From: Tubiluchus corallicola
Lineage: Eukaryota; Animalia; Priapulida
Assembly: GCA_030141605.1 (NCBI GenBank)
Contig: JAQGDQ010001911.1
Coordinates: 1-21,352 of the forward strand
DNA length: 21,352 nucleotides
Direction of reading: 5' to 3'
Below are positions 1 through 11,940 of the stretch, one piece after another (the first letter of the stretch is position 1; every line of letters begins with the position of its first letter). Position numbers and translations under genes: made by a program. Under the pieces are notes generated by a model. The model made no database searches. It saw only the letters and a list, made by a program, of their open reading frames with translations, and was not told the DNA's origin.

Positions 1-154
1 TTATAGCAATTTTATGCATGTATCACGTGCTCACGTTGAAAGGAATTTGTGTTTGTTTTCATTTTAAATCTCTCGCAATACTGTTCTGACCGCGCCATTA
101 CATGACGTCACTACGCCACGTAAATCAGGGGAAGAAAAGTAAATGTTAAATTAT

Positions 155-599
155 GTCCCAAAAAACTTTCCGTGCAAATGTATATTGCTTAGCATTTCGC
201 TTACCTGCTGGAAAGACTTACGTAAATAGAAAATAAAATTATTAATTGTTTGAAATGTTTTCACCAATTGGTAAAATGTCGCTGACTCACCCTCCAGGGT
301 GCGCCACTCATTAAGCAAAACCGTATTTTTAATTTTATTGACAAGATGCAGTAATTTAATTTTACTTAGTGACGTGGACGCTACGACTGCTCTGATTATT
401 TTTTCAAACTTTATTCAGTGTTAAGTAAACTTGTTTCAAATGACTTGTCGTCAAAATGGCTGCGTCTAACGGTCATCGCGGGACTTTAAATTTACAAGTT
501 TTACACAACGTTACTGGCGACGCAAGCCTGTATGCAAAGGGTAGTATGTAAGAGGCATAAAACTTCAAGCTTTTTGTAAATAGAGGGTTTTCTTGTGCT
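155..599 (-). mobile_element. Kolobok-like MITE copy 1 (family A), reverse orientation relative to the copy at 18735
   Basis: Reverse complement aligns along its length to 18735-19191, e.g. the shared core gtaaaatgtcgctgactcaccctccagggtgcgccactca. It ends in gttttcttgtgct followed by TTAA (600-603). The other TIR at about 155-172 is decayed. Confidence 0.8.
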
Positions 600-922
600 T
601 TAAAGTCAGTCAGCATATTCCAGCTTTAAAACAGCAAAGCACCGATACAGCAAGAACAACTGACAATCAGGGGTATGTGAGGTAAGTTGGCTCATGCAGT
701 ACAAACAAAGAAGCGTACAGTTATCGCATAGTAAGAATATTAGATTCAAACACGCTTGAAAATAACTATAGACGTTTGTGGCTCCGCCTGTGAAATGAAA
801 TTTAGCCTTATTAGTGCAGCTTTCAGTTTCATAGTACAATCCTGTTCTGTTTAAACGTATTCTTTGCAGCAAGATTATTTCACGCTGTTATGCCTTGATG
901 ATTTAATAGTGCGTACACTAAA

Positions 923-1000
923 TCATAGTCGCCATCGCCATTGTTGTTACCATTATCGTTACCATTATCATTATCTGTATCGTTACCATTACCATTACCG

Positions 1001-1038
<38 letters not shown>

Positions 1039-1051
1039 GTCGTCGTCGTCG

Positions 1052-1141
<90 letters not shown>

Positions 1142-1172
1142 CCATCATCATCATCGTCGTCGTCGTCGTCGT

Positions 1173-1204
<32 letters not shown>

Positions 1205-1422
1205 TCGTCATCATCATCATCATCACCATCATCATTATCGTCATGTTCGTCACCATCATCATTATCATAACCATGATCGCCACCAACACCACCACCCCCA
1301 CCACCTCCACTACCACCACCACCACCATCACCACCACCACCATCACTACCGCCACCATCACTACCACCACCATCATCACCGTCAGCATCACCATCATCAC
1401 CATCGCCATCATCATCATCATT
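923..1422. repeat. Compound trinucleotide microsatellite (CAT/CGT/CAC)n with degenerate flanks
   Basis: Seen directly. It explains the poly-H, poly-S and poly-M ORFs. Confidence 0.97.
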
Positions 1423-1587
1423 ATTGTTTTTATTATTACCGCATATTTAACGTTTCACAAAGATCTTTGTAAACAACGTATAAACGTCGTGATTGTCATT
1501 CCAATCATAAATATTATACTATAATATCATTACATACTTTTTTTATCAAAATAATGAATGAATGGTTTTAATACAGCACTGTAGCTA

Positions 1588-1629
1588 CTGTATCATTTTG
1601 GTTTATCATCGAAGCAACCAGCACGACAG

Positions 1630-1712
<83 letters not shown>

Positions 1713-1776
1713 ACTAATGCTGTATCATTTTGGTTTATCATTAAAGCAACCAGCACGACAGTTGTGTGTGTGTGTG
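1588..1776. repeat. Two tandem copies of a ~43 bp unit, each followed by (TG)n (about 39 and 7 units)
   Basis: ctgtatcattttggtttatcat(cg/ta)aagcaaccagcacgacagt occurs at 1588 and 1720, each time running into a TG tract. Confidence 0.93.
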
Positions 1777-1982
1777 ACGTAATCCCAGCAAAAGTTCCTT
1801 GTCAGCTTATTCGTTTTTACAGCAGTCTTGCTGTCTTTCACAGACGCGTGAAACGCCACTGGAAACTTGGATAAGTGAAATGTACAACAGACATAAATTC
1901 TTGAAAGTCAGGATCGCGTCTGCAGCAGCAAAAAGATTGTTCACTTTGCGTCTAGTTTTCGTGCAAACTTTCAACTGACAAG

Positions 1983-2359
1983 TAATGGTGAGCATCGAAC
2001 GTTCGTTGTTCGATTAGAATGAGTTTGTTTAGTTCGAATTCGATTCGAACTTAAAATTATAAATTCGAATAATTCAGCACTTCACCACGTACGTTCTTTG
2101 TCATTAAACCGTTTGAAACTTCATGCAATTAGCAAAATTTAGCTGTGATTTCTGTGTTCAACGTTAAGTAAATCATTAGTGGTTTTACTGCAGAACAAAA
2201 TCGAATAATTTGCATGATCTTTGTAAGACCGCTTTTTACTGCTGGTTCGAAAACTTGTTCGAAAATATTTCAAACACAGTTCGAATTCGATTCCAATTCG
2301 AAATACCATAAATTCGGTTCGATTCGAATTCGCTTTCTGGCAGAGAATGCTCAGCCCTA
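1983..2359. mobile_element. hAT-like MITE (~377 bp)
   Basis: Imperfect 13-bp TIRs taatggtgagcat / atgctcagcccta (10/13 match). Degenerate 8-bp TSD ctgacaag (1975-1982) / gtgataag (2360-2367), 6/8 match. TTCGA/TCGAA subterminal motifs cluster at both ends. An 8-bp TSD, TAG-type termini and subterminal repeats are hAT hallmarks. Confidence 0.75.
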
Positions 2360-2390
2360 GTGATAAGAACTAAGTTGAGACTATGGATTT

Positions 2391-2435
2391 TTACACATGC
2401 TAAATTACACATGCTAAATTAAATTACACATGCTA
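2391..2435. repeat. Short tandem repeat ttacacatgctaaa x3
   Basis: Seen directly. There is a 5-bp ttaaa insertion before the third copy. Confidence 0.85.
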
Positions 2436-2574
2436 TTTTACAGTGGCTTATCCTAAATTAGAAATTATGTTACTTGACAGATACAGCAGGGTAAACATTG
2501 ATTATGACAGTAGCATGAATACCCCGCCGTCAACTGAACCGATGTCTCGTATTGCTTTTTTGTCAATCTGCCCC

Positions 2575-3030
2575 TCGGAAATGCATTGTACAAAAACAAG
2601 TGCTTGTACCTCTCTGTTCAGAATGGTTCAGTTGTGACGTGTGCACGAGCTCATGCGTGAGCACAACGGTGAACCTGAATTTTGGATTTTAAATTTACAA
2701 ATTTGTCAAGTTTTTGTGTATAAGTGTTGTGCAGTAGCACTGTACTTTAATTTTTGCTTTCGCAAACACGTGTAAGACGCTCGTGAAATGTTTGCGCTGT
2801 TGAAAATTATGTTCGTTTGTGATGTCATAACAAACTGCACTCGCCAGCCGTTAATTAAGTTCTTAACCCATTATTTAATTATCAGAAACGCTTTGACCTT
2901 ATTATGGCTGCTGATGTGTATTGATGTAAAGTACTGTATTTAAAACTGGCGTGGTACGTGAAAAATCAGCCTGTTCTCCTTTAATGTGACTCTCATCACC
3001 CGAAGTTTACACGAATTTCCATTCAATTTT
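2575..3030 (+). mobile_element. Dispersed repeat family B, copy 1 (unclassified, probably a non-autonomous TE)
   Basis: Colinear similarity to 10345-10770 (agctcatgcgtgagcaca, cagtagcactgtactt, tgttgaaaattatgtt, ttatttaattatca) and to 20691-20941. The termini could not be defined. Confidence 0.75.
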
Positions 3031-3310
3031 TAAGTGGGCGACCACACAGCATCCGCACAACGGATGATGATCATCATGGCTTACGTTATAATTAAGTAAT
3101 GTACTTCTAGCTATAATCTAGAGCCCATATACCAGCTGTAGCGAAATTAGCTAGTATTGCAGCTGCCCAGTATCCATTAAGAATATTACTATGATAAAAG
3201 AGAGTGCATTATGGTTTATAGTTTACAAGAAAATGCGCCATTTTCTACCACAGTGATAACCAATAGATAAACTTGGCTTAAAACTTGAAAAGAAGTTAAA
3301 TTTTTATTCG

Positions 3311-3794
<484 letters not shown>

Positions 3795-3879
3795 ATTTTT
3801 TTCACTGGTTTGTTCGTTTGTTTATTTATTTGGTTTGTTTAATTTTCGCCTGCTTTGTTGGTTGGTTGGCCGGTTTATA

Positions 3880-4398
3880 GTTTTGTGTGTCAGTGTCCAC
3901 CAGGAAGCCATCCGAATCTTAGAAATCAATAGCAGGTTTTGTATGTCAGTGTCCACCAGGAAGCCATCCGAATCTTAGAAATCAATAGCAGGTTTTGTGT
4001 GTCAGTGTCCACCAGGAAGCCATCCGAATCTTAGAAATCAATAGCAGGTTTTGTGTGTCAGTGTCCACCAGGAAGCCATCCGAATCTTAGAAATCAATAG
4101 CAGGTTTTGTGTGTCAGTGTCCACCAGGAAGCCATCTGAATCTTAGAAATCAATAGCAGGTTTTGTATGTCAGTGTCCACCAGGAAGCCATCTGAATCTT
4201 AGAAATCAATAGCAGGTTTTGTATGTCAGTGTCCACCAGGAAGCCATCTGAATTTTAGAAACCAATGGCACGTTTTGTATGTCAGTGTCCACCAGGAAGC
4301 CATCTGAATCTTAGAAATCAATAGCATGTTTTGTATGTCAGTGTCCACCAGGAAGCCATCTGAATCTTAAAAATCAATAGCATGTTTTGTATGTCAGT
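3880..4398. repeat. 56-bp minisatellite, about 9.3 copies
   Basis: Unit gttttgt(g/a)tgtcagtgtccaccaggaagccatc(c/t)gaatcttagaaatcaatagcag. The anchor cagtgtcc recurs at 3891, 3947, 4003 and onward. Confidence 0.97.
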
Positions 4399-4829
4399 TC
4401 GGCACCAAACGCAGCGACTAACTAGATTTGTGCTATTATTTCATAGATGATTTTCAGTCTGGGCTTTAAAATTGCATAAGTTCATTTATAATTAAGAAAC
4501 TGCGCATAGCTTTCATACAGTCTAGATTGTAAGAGCTTCCAGAATTGCTGTACAACAACGAATTATTGCAAAGAAGCCAGCACGCTAATTGAGCTCTAGA
4601 GTCCAAGGATTTTTTGATTTGTGAACTTCTTTGGTTTAAACTGAAACCTGATGCATAAATTTGCAAAAAGCAAAATTAATAATTTATTGCATGGAGAAAA
4701 GGCAGAATTTTATGTAAAATTTTCACGAAGGTCCCGATTGCGTCCAGTCAGTTCAATTCAACTCAGTTTGTAGCATTTCAGATTGGCTTATTTCGGTTTA
4801 TTGCAATGATTCAGTTCATCTCGTTTAAG

Positions 4830-5395
4830 CTAGTTTCGGTTCAGTTCGGTTCGGTTAGGTCCCGGTCCCGGTCAGTCCAGTCCAGTGCAGTGCAGTGCAG
4901 TGCAGTCCAGTCCAGTCCAGTCCAGTCCAGTCCAGTCCAGTCCAGTCCAGTCCAGTCCAGTCCAGTCCAGTCCAGTCCAGTCCAGTATAATCCAATCCAA
5001 TCCAATCCAATCCAGTCCAGTCCAGTCCAGTCAAGCCAATCCAGTCCAGTCCAGTCCAGTCCAGTCCAGTCCAGTCCAGTCCAGTCCATCCAGTGCAGTG
5101 CAGTGCAGTGCAGTGCAGTGCAGTGTCAATTCAATTCAATTCAATTCAATTCAATTCAGTCCAGTCCAGTCCAGTCCAGTCCAGTCCAGTCCAGTCCAGT
5201 CCAGTCCAGTCCAGTCCAATCCAGTGCAGTGCAGTGCAGTGTCAATTCAATTCAATTCAATTCAATTCAATTCAATTCAATTCAATTCAATTCAATTCAA
5301 TTCAATTCAATTCAATTCAATTTAAGTCAATTCAATTCAATTCAATTCAATACGATTCCGTTCAACTCAGCTCAAGTAAATCCAATTCAACTCGA
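4830..5395. repeat. Compound pentanucleotide microsatellite (CAGTC/CAGTG/CAATC/CAATT)n
   Basis: Seen directly. A degenerate TTCGG/TTCAG lead-in starts at about 4745. Confidence 0.97.
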
Positions 5396-5602
5396 CTCAC
5401 TTTTATGCTACTGCAAACTTGTAAAAGATGATCGCTCATCATTATTAATTATTGTCATTAGTAGAGGATAAAGTGAATTAATTTTATTCACATTTTGAAG
5501 CCTAAATGTACAGTAACAGCTAACAAATCGTTCCAACTTATTAGAGTAATAGCATCTACAACAATGATAATTATGGAGAGGAAGATTAATTAGTGATATT
5601 AC

Positions 5603-5667
5603 TGACGCTGTGTGCGATGCTGCGTTACACTCATCTTCCTCCGGCAATGTTTCGCAGCTTCCTGTTT
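5603..5667 (-). CDS. Candidate internal exon 2 of a secreted protein: (E)TGSCETLPEEDECNAASHTA(S)
   Basis: Acceptor ttttatgatcag at 5668-5670, and the frame is open in phase 1, matching the upstream exon. The donor is either gtaata (exon ends 5603) or gtcagt (exon ends 5607). No homology was recognised. Confidence 0.45.
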
Positions 5668-5919
5668 CTGATCATAAAACATTTTAATAATTAACTGTAA
5701 TATATGCGCCCTATATACCCGACGCTCTAATTAACGTTTATTAATTGTTAATGTAATGAGGTTTTATGGTACAGAAACGCTTCCAATCTAGTTTGCGTGA
5801 AGGAAAGTTTAGACTGAAGGTGTTACGTGGGCGGTACTGAGGGTATTGTCAAAGTCATTTTCTCAATTTATTATAATATAATTGTGTATAATAAATTATA
5901 ATTGCATTTTCCCACTTAC

Positions 5920-5995
5920 CAGGTAGAGCGTTAGAATGTCTGCCAGGTGTAACAATAGCCAAGGATAAAACCAGCAGAGGGCATAAAACGGTCAT
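5920..5995 (-). CDS. Candidate first coding exon encoding a signal peptide: MTVLCPLLVLSLAIVTPGRHSNALP + phase-1 intron
   Basis: ATG at 5995-5993, a hydrophobic core and an S-N-A|L cleavage-like motif. The donor CTG|GTAAGT at 5919-5914 is a perfect consensus. The exon is below the ORF-track length cutoff. Confidence 0.55.
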
Positions 5996-5998
5996 CCA

Positions 5999-6586
<588 letters not shown>

Positions 6587-7437
6587 GGACAGAAGGGACA
6601 ACACAGTTACTCCATACTTATTTACTCAAACAAACAATATTTGCCTCCTCTAAATCTCGTTTAACGCATCACCGCGTGACGCCCCGTTCACATGCACTGC
6701 CATCGCCTACCTCGACGCATACGATCGACAGCTAACGTTGTGAATGCTGACTATGACAGATCACTTGCACGATAGCTAAATAGCTTAGATGGCGCTGCCT
6801 GCTAAATAATAAATGCCAGTCTACAGACCTACAACGTCCATATTAGCAGACGAAATGGTCATACAGAAGTAGTTGGCAGTTCCAATTCCCTGTTTGCCAC
6901 ATTTAGGAGGCTGTAAACGATCTTCCGGCATAAATATGGAGCCTTCCATAGTATATTACACAACTCAACCATCATGGTAACAGAGCTAATAAAGAACCGG
7001 ATCCGGATATTCTATTAAACCCCTTTCCCTGGAGCTTAAATAAAATCGGCGCCTCCTGTTTTGCAAAGATTATAATAATATTACCACGCGGAATGCCACG
7101 AACATTAATTCAAAGAATAGTCTGCAATAATGCTAGTATCCGCGCATGCGCAATACGCATCAAGTGCTGCCTTACTATTATGTTTATGTGTATTGAAAAT
7201 TCTAAGTACCCTGACACTTCTAGGGAGCATTTTCATTAGCCGACCACTAGCTTTGTTATGATTAATTGTTTAATAATTATATATAATTACATGATTAATT
7301 GTTATAGATGGTATCTAATGACAACAAAGTATTTAACTTCTAATCTTCCAAATAAGGCAGTACAGTTATAGTAGTTCGAAGTCTGGGAGTAAGTTAACTG
7401 GAACAAGGATGAGTGTTTTAAGAACTTCTTTAAGCTT

Positions 7438-7493
7438 AGCAGCAGCAACAGCAATAGCACAGCAACAGTAGTAAAAACAACAACAACAACAGC

Positions 7494-7587
<94 letters not shown>

Positions 7588-7626
7588 GCAACGACAACAA
7601 CAACAACAACAACAACAACAAGCAGT

Positions 7627-7708
<82 letters not shown>

Positions 7709-7729
7709 GCAACGACAACAACAGCAACG

Positions 7730-7768
<39 letters not shown>

Positions 7769-8149
7769 GCAATAGCAGCAGCAGCAAGAATAACAACAAT
7801 GAGGACGACGACGGTGATGGTGACGGAGATGGTGACTGCAAAGATAACAACGACAACGACAGTGACAGCAACAACAACAACAGCAACAGCAATGGCAAAG
7901 ACAACAACAACAACAACGACAACGTCAATGACAGCAACAGCAACAGCGACAGCGACAGCAACAGCAACAGCAACAGCAACAACAGCAACAACAACAGCAA
8001 CAGCAACAGCAACAGCAACAACAACAACGACAGCAACTGTAATAGCAACAGCAGCAGCAGCAGCAAGAACAACAACAACAGCAGCAACAGCAACAGCAAC
8101 AGCAACGGCAAAGACAACAACAACAACAACAACAACAGCAATGGCAAAG

Positions 8150-8188
<39 letters not shown>

Positions 8189-8238
8189 GCAACAACAACA
8201 ACAACAACAACAACTACAGCAACAGCAACAGCAACAGC

Positions 8239-8278
<40 letters not shown>

Positions 8279-8304
8279 GCAGCAACAGCAACAACAACGA
8301 CTGC

Positions 8305-8372
<68 letters not shown>

Positions 8373-8374
8373 CT

Positions 8375-8425
<51 letters not shown>

Positions 8426-8455
8426 ACAACAACAACAAAAACAACAACAACAACG

Positions 8456-8530
<75 letters not shown>

Positions 8531-8549
8531 GCAACAACAACAACAACGA
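7438..8549. repeat. ~1.1 kb compound trinucleotide tract (AAC/AGC/GAC)n with ACAGCA hexamer runs
   Basis: Seen directly. It explains the poly-T, V, L and C ORFs. Confidence 0.97.
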
Positions 8550-9270
8550 CATCGATGAGTTCGCCATTGTTTTTCGTAACAAACCAAAACAACTGATCGG
8601 TTTTTTGAGAATAAACAGAAGAATGTGTAGCTGTGATACCAATGTATCAGAAAGCCAGTTACCTATGAAAATACAAAACTCAGTTCAACATGCTGATTCT
8701 TACGCTTCTGCATAAACTGGCTAAATTATTAGTCTTTACGAAACGAATATTTGTATTTCAAAATTGATAGATGGTTTTGCTTTGTAACAGCGATGAATAA
8801 TTCCAACACAACTTGTGGATAATTAATCACGGCGAATGAAGCTTTCATAATGAATGGATTTCGTGACGCATGCGCAACAGCATCTTAGCAGGTTTGAGCT
8901 TGTGCGTGTTTTAGAAAATTGTTGATAGTTAATTTATCGGAATGAATGGAATGCAAGGTAGGTTGACGGTCAGATGCAAACACGGATTTTTCATATCACA
9001 TCGGACATTCCATTTTGTAGAACGTATATAGTTTAACACGTACAATAATGCTGTAGTGTTTTTGATAATTAAATAATATATTAAGATCTCAATTAACAGC
9101 GGAAGACCCCAGCTATTGACGACATCACAAATTAACATAATTTTCAACATCACAGATTTCCACGAGCGTGTTGCACGTGTTTGCGAAAGCGTTTCTGATA
9201 ATTAAATTATAGCCTAAAAACTTAATTAACGGCAAGCAAGCCCAACTACTGATGACATCACAAACTAAAA
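8529..9270 (+). repeat. Distal left arm (X) of the large inverted duplication
   Basis: Reverse complement of 20621-21352 (position sum 29881). The ORFs 8929-9153(-) and 20728-20952(+) are identical. By eye there are 4 substitutions (8816, 8817, 8858, 8866) and one 13-vs-3 nt delins. Confidence 0.97.
8940..9268 (-). mobile_element. Dispersed repeat family B, copy 2 (partial, with an internal partial duplication)
   Basis: Reverse complement aligns to 10540-10760 and 2755-3025. Confidence 0.75.
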
Positions 9271-9318
9271 TAATAATAATAATAATAATGATAATAATAA
9301 TAATAATAATAATAATAA

Positions 9319-9399
<81 letters not shown>

Positions 9400-9418
9400 C
9401 AGCAGCAGCAGCAGCAGT

Positions 9419-9450
<32 letters not shown>

Positions 9451-9451
9451 C

Positions 9452-9507
<56 letters not shown>

Positions 9508-9566
9508 CAGCAGCAGCAGCAGCAGAAGCAGCAGTAGCAGCAGCAGTAGCAGCAGCAGTAGTAGTA
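9271..9566. repeat. Compound (TAA)n(TAG)n(CAG/TAG)n microsatellite
   Basis: Seen directly. It is mirrored by about 20390-20622 with different run lengths. Confidence 0.97.
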
Positions 9567-9578
9567 TTTCCTTTTCTT

Positions 9579-9642
9579 ATTACGTTTTAAATACGTACAT
9601 AAACAAAATGAACATAATTTTCATCCAGAATTTTCTCTGACA
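9579..9642 (+). repeat. Left ~64-bp imperfect inverted repeat bounding the ~8.1 kb block
   Basis: attacgttttaaatacgtacataaacaaaatgaacataattttcatccagaattttctctgaca versus the reverse complement of 17640-17702: 10 mismatches and 1 gap by manual alignment. Confidence 0.85.
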
Positions 9643-10024
9643 AGAGTAAATTGTTTTTACCAAGAGTTTATCATTGTTTTCAGTTTGACTCTAACACTGC
9701 ACTATCACACAGTTTCTCTGTGCATCGGAATGCTTGCTGCGCATTTCCTAAGCATGTAATATGCTCCGAAACACAAAGGCTATTTATACACCGTCGTAAT
9801 TTATAAGACGAAACTTATCAAGGTTGTCAAAGCGGGAGCGAGGAGAGTGATTTTCAACGAACGATGATGAGAATGAACGACGCCGTTAAATTTTCATTTA
9901 GCATCAACGCCGCGTCTTCTCACCGCTTTGTGACATAAAAGTTGGAAAATAATATTTTCATCGCATCCTGGTCAAGTTTTGATGCGCGAACCGATACAGT
10001 CATGTCGCCATGCCGCCATATTTG

Positions 10025-10110
10025 TACAGGGTGGCGCAGAAAACGTGACTAAGTTTAGACTGGAATAATATTAGAAGCGAGTATCTTATAAAGTTGAAAT
10101 TTCACGGCGT
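10025..10110 (+). mobile_element. Possible Tc1/mariner-type terminal remnant
   Basis: TA followed by CAGGGTGGCGCA resembles Tc1/mariner termini. No partner TIR was found. Confidence 0.35.
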
Positions 10111-10344
10111 GACATTACACTGTGTTGGCTTTTAGTTATGAACGTTACGAGTTTACCAACGTTAGACTGTAGTCAAAACAATCTACTCCTTAAAATTTTG
10201 AAAGGAAACATACTATTTTTTTAAAAATGACTTACGTGAAAGAATTATTATCACACAAACGCAATTTCACGTTCGCACAACTAGTTCTTCGCTGTTACAT
10301 GCATTTCGCCATTTGCTAGTTAGACGGGCACTAGCGTCGGCATT

Positions 10345-10770
10345 ACGGAAACGCTTTGCAAAAAAGAGAGTGCTGTACTTCACAGTTCAGAGGTGCTAGT
10401 TTGTGAGGATCTGCACACGTTTGACAGCTCATGCGTGAGCACAGTGGTAAATTTGAATTCTGAGTTTTTATCTTAAAACATGCCTAGTTTTAGTACAGGA
10501 CACTAAATCTCTTACAGTAGCACTGTACTTCAATTTTCGCTTTCACAAACACGTGCAACACGCTCGTGGAATATTTTTGCTGTTGAAAATTATGTTAGTT
10601 TGTGAGGTCAACAATAGTTGGGCTCACCTGCCGTCAATTAAATTTTTAATCTATTATTTAATTATCAAGAACGCTTTTGCATTATTAATTGTATTAAAAT
10701 GTATACTTTTTGTCATCCTCGAAAATTGGGTAGTGTATGAAAAATCATCCTGTCTTCCTTCAAGTTATGG
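10345..10770 (+). mobile_element. Dispersed repeat family B, copy 3
   Basis: Colinear with 2575-3030. ORF 10553-10792 resembles ORF 20728-20952 only because they share repeat sequence. Confidence 0.75.
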
Positions 10771-10980
10771 CCGACAATGTTTTGCATGTTAAAAATCAAC
10801 ATCATCTAATTATCAATCATCCATCATCAAAACAGCCACTTTGACGTGTGAAACACTTAATACAGTCAGCAAAATAACAAAGAAATCAGCCAATTTATAT
10901 CATAATTTTCACCAGAAAAACTAATATAATAAAGATTTGTAAAGGAATGCCTGCAAAGTTTGACCCAAACTGGATTTTTA

Positions 10981-11940
10981 TTGGTCACTGATCTATCGGT
11001 TTTATCAAACATCGGTCTATTCGGTCACTGATCTATCGGCCTTATCAAACATTGGTCCATTCGGTCACTGATCTATCGGCCTTATCAAACATTGGTCCAT
11101 TCGGTCGCCGATCTATCGGTTTTATTAAACATCGGTCCATTCGGTCACTGATCTATCGGCCTTATCAAACATTGGTCCATTCGGTCACCGATCTATCGGT
11201 TTTATCAAACATCGGTCCATTCGGTCACCAATCTATCGGTTTTATTAAACATCGGTCCATTCAGTCACCGATCTATCAGTTTTATCAAACATCGGTCTAT
11301 TCAGTCACCGATCTATTGGTTTTATCAAACATCGGTCTATTCGGTCGCCGATCTATCGGTTTTATCAAACATCGGTCTATTCAGTCACCGATCTATCGGT
11401 TTTATCAAACATCGGTCCATTCAGTCACCGATCTATTGGTTTTATCAAAAATCGGTCCATTCAGTCACCGATTTATCGGTTTTATCAAACATCGGTCTAT
11501 TCAGTCACTGATCTATTGGTTTTATCAAACATCGGTCCATTCAGTCACTGATCTATCGGCCTTATCAAACATTGGTCCATTCGGTCACCGATCTATCGGT
11601 TTTATCAAACATCGGTCCATTCGGTCACCGATCTATCGGTTTTATTAAACATCGGTCCATTCAGTCACCGATCTATCAGTTTTATCAAACATCGGTCTAT
11701 TCAGTCACCGATCTATCGGTTTTATCAAACATCGGTCTATTCGGTCGCCGATCTATCGGTTTTATCAAACATTGGTCTATTCAGTCACCGATCTATTGGT
11801 TTTATCAAACATCGGTCCATTCAGTCACCGATCTATTGGTTTTATCAAACATCGGTCCATTCAGTCACCGATCTATCGGTTTTATCAAACATCGGTCTAT
11901 TCAGTCACCGATCTATTGGTTTTATCAAACATTGGTCCAA
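10981..11940. repeat. 40-bp minisatellite, 24 copies
   Basis: Unit tc(g/a)gtcaccgatctatcggttttatcaaacatcggt(c/t)(c/t)at. The 40-bp phase is exact, with no indels. Confidence 0.98.

Noticed and set aside
103-110. CRE palindrome TGACGTCA
   Set aside because: A single 8-mer with no promoter context, expected by chance.
606-872. 88-aa minus-strand ORF
   Set aside because: It has a non-ATG start, no recognisable domain and ambiguous splice signals.
864-1524. His-rich, Ser-rich and Met-rich ORFs
   Set aside because: These are translations of a (CAT)n tract that is open in several frames on both strands.
3050-3077. Small hairpin catccg-cacaa-cggatg as a Helitron 3' end
   Set aside because: There is no CTRR at the expected short distance, and the hairpin is not shared by other family B copies.
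7302-8642. Mucin- or antifreeze-like Thr/Ala-rich ORF 7799-8596 and overlapping poly-V/L/C ORFs
   Set aside because: The region is a compound AAC/AGC microsatellite with a phase break near 7620. It has no signal peptide or unique domain.
8929-9153. Apparent small gene family (ORFs 8929-9153, 10553-10792, 20728-20952)
   Set aside because: The similarity is explained by repeat family B and the inverted duplication. The copy at 2.8 kb does not keep the ORF.
10981-11940. CRISPR-like array (palindromic 40-bp repeats); the same was considered for the 38-bp and 56-bp arrays
   Set aside because: Units are head-to-tail with no unique spacers, there are no cas genes, and the context is eukaryotic.
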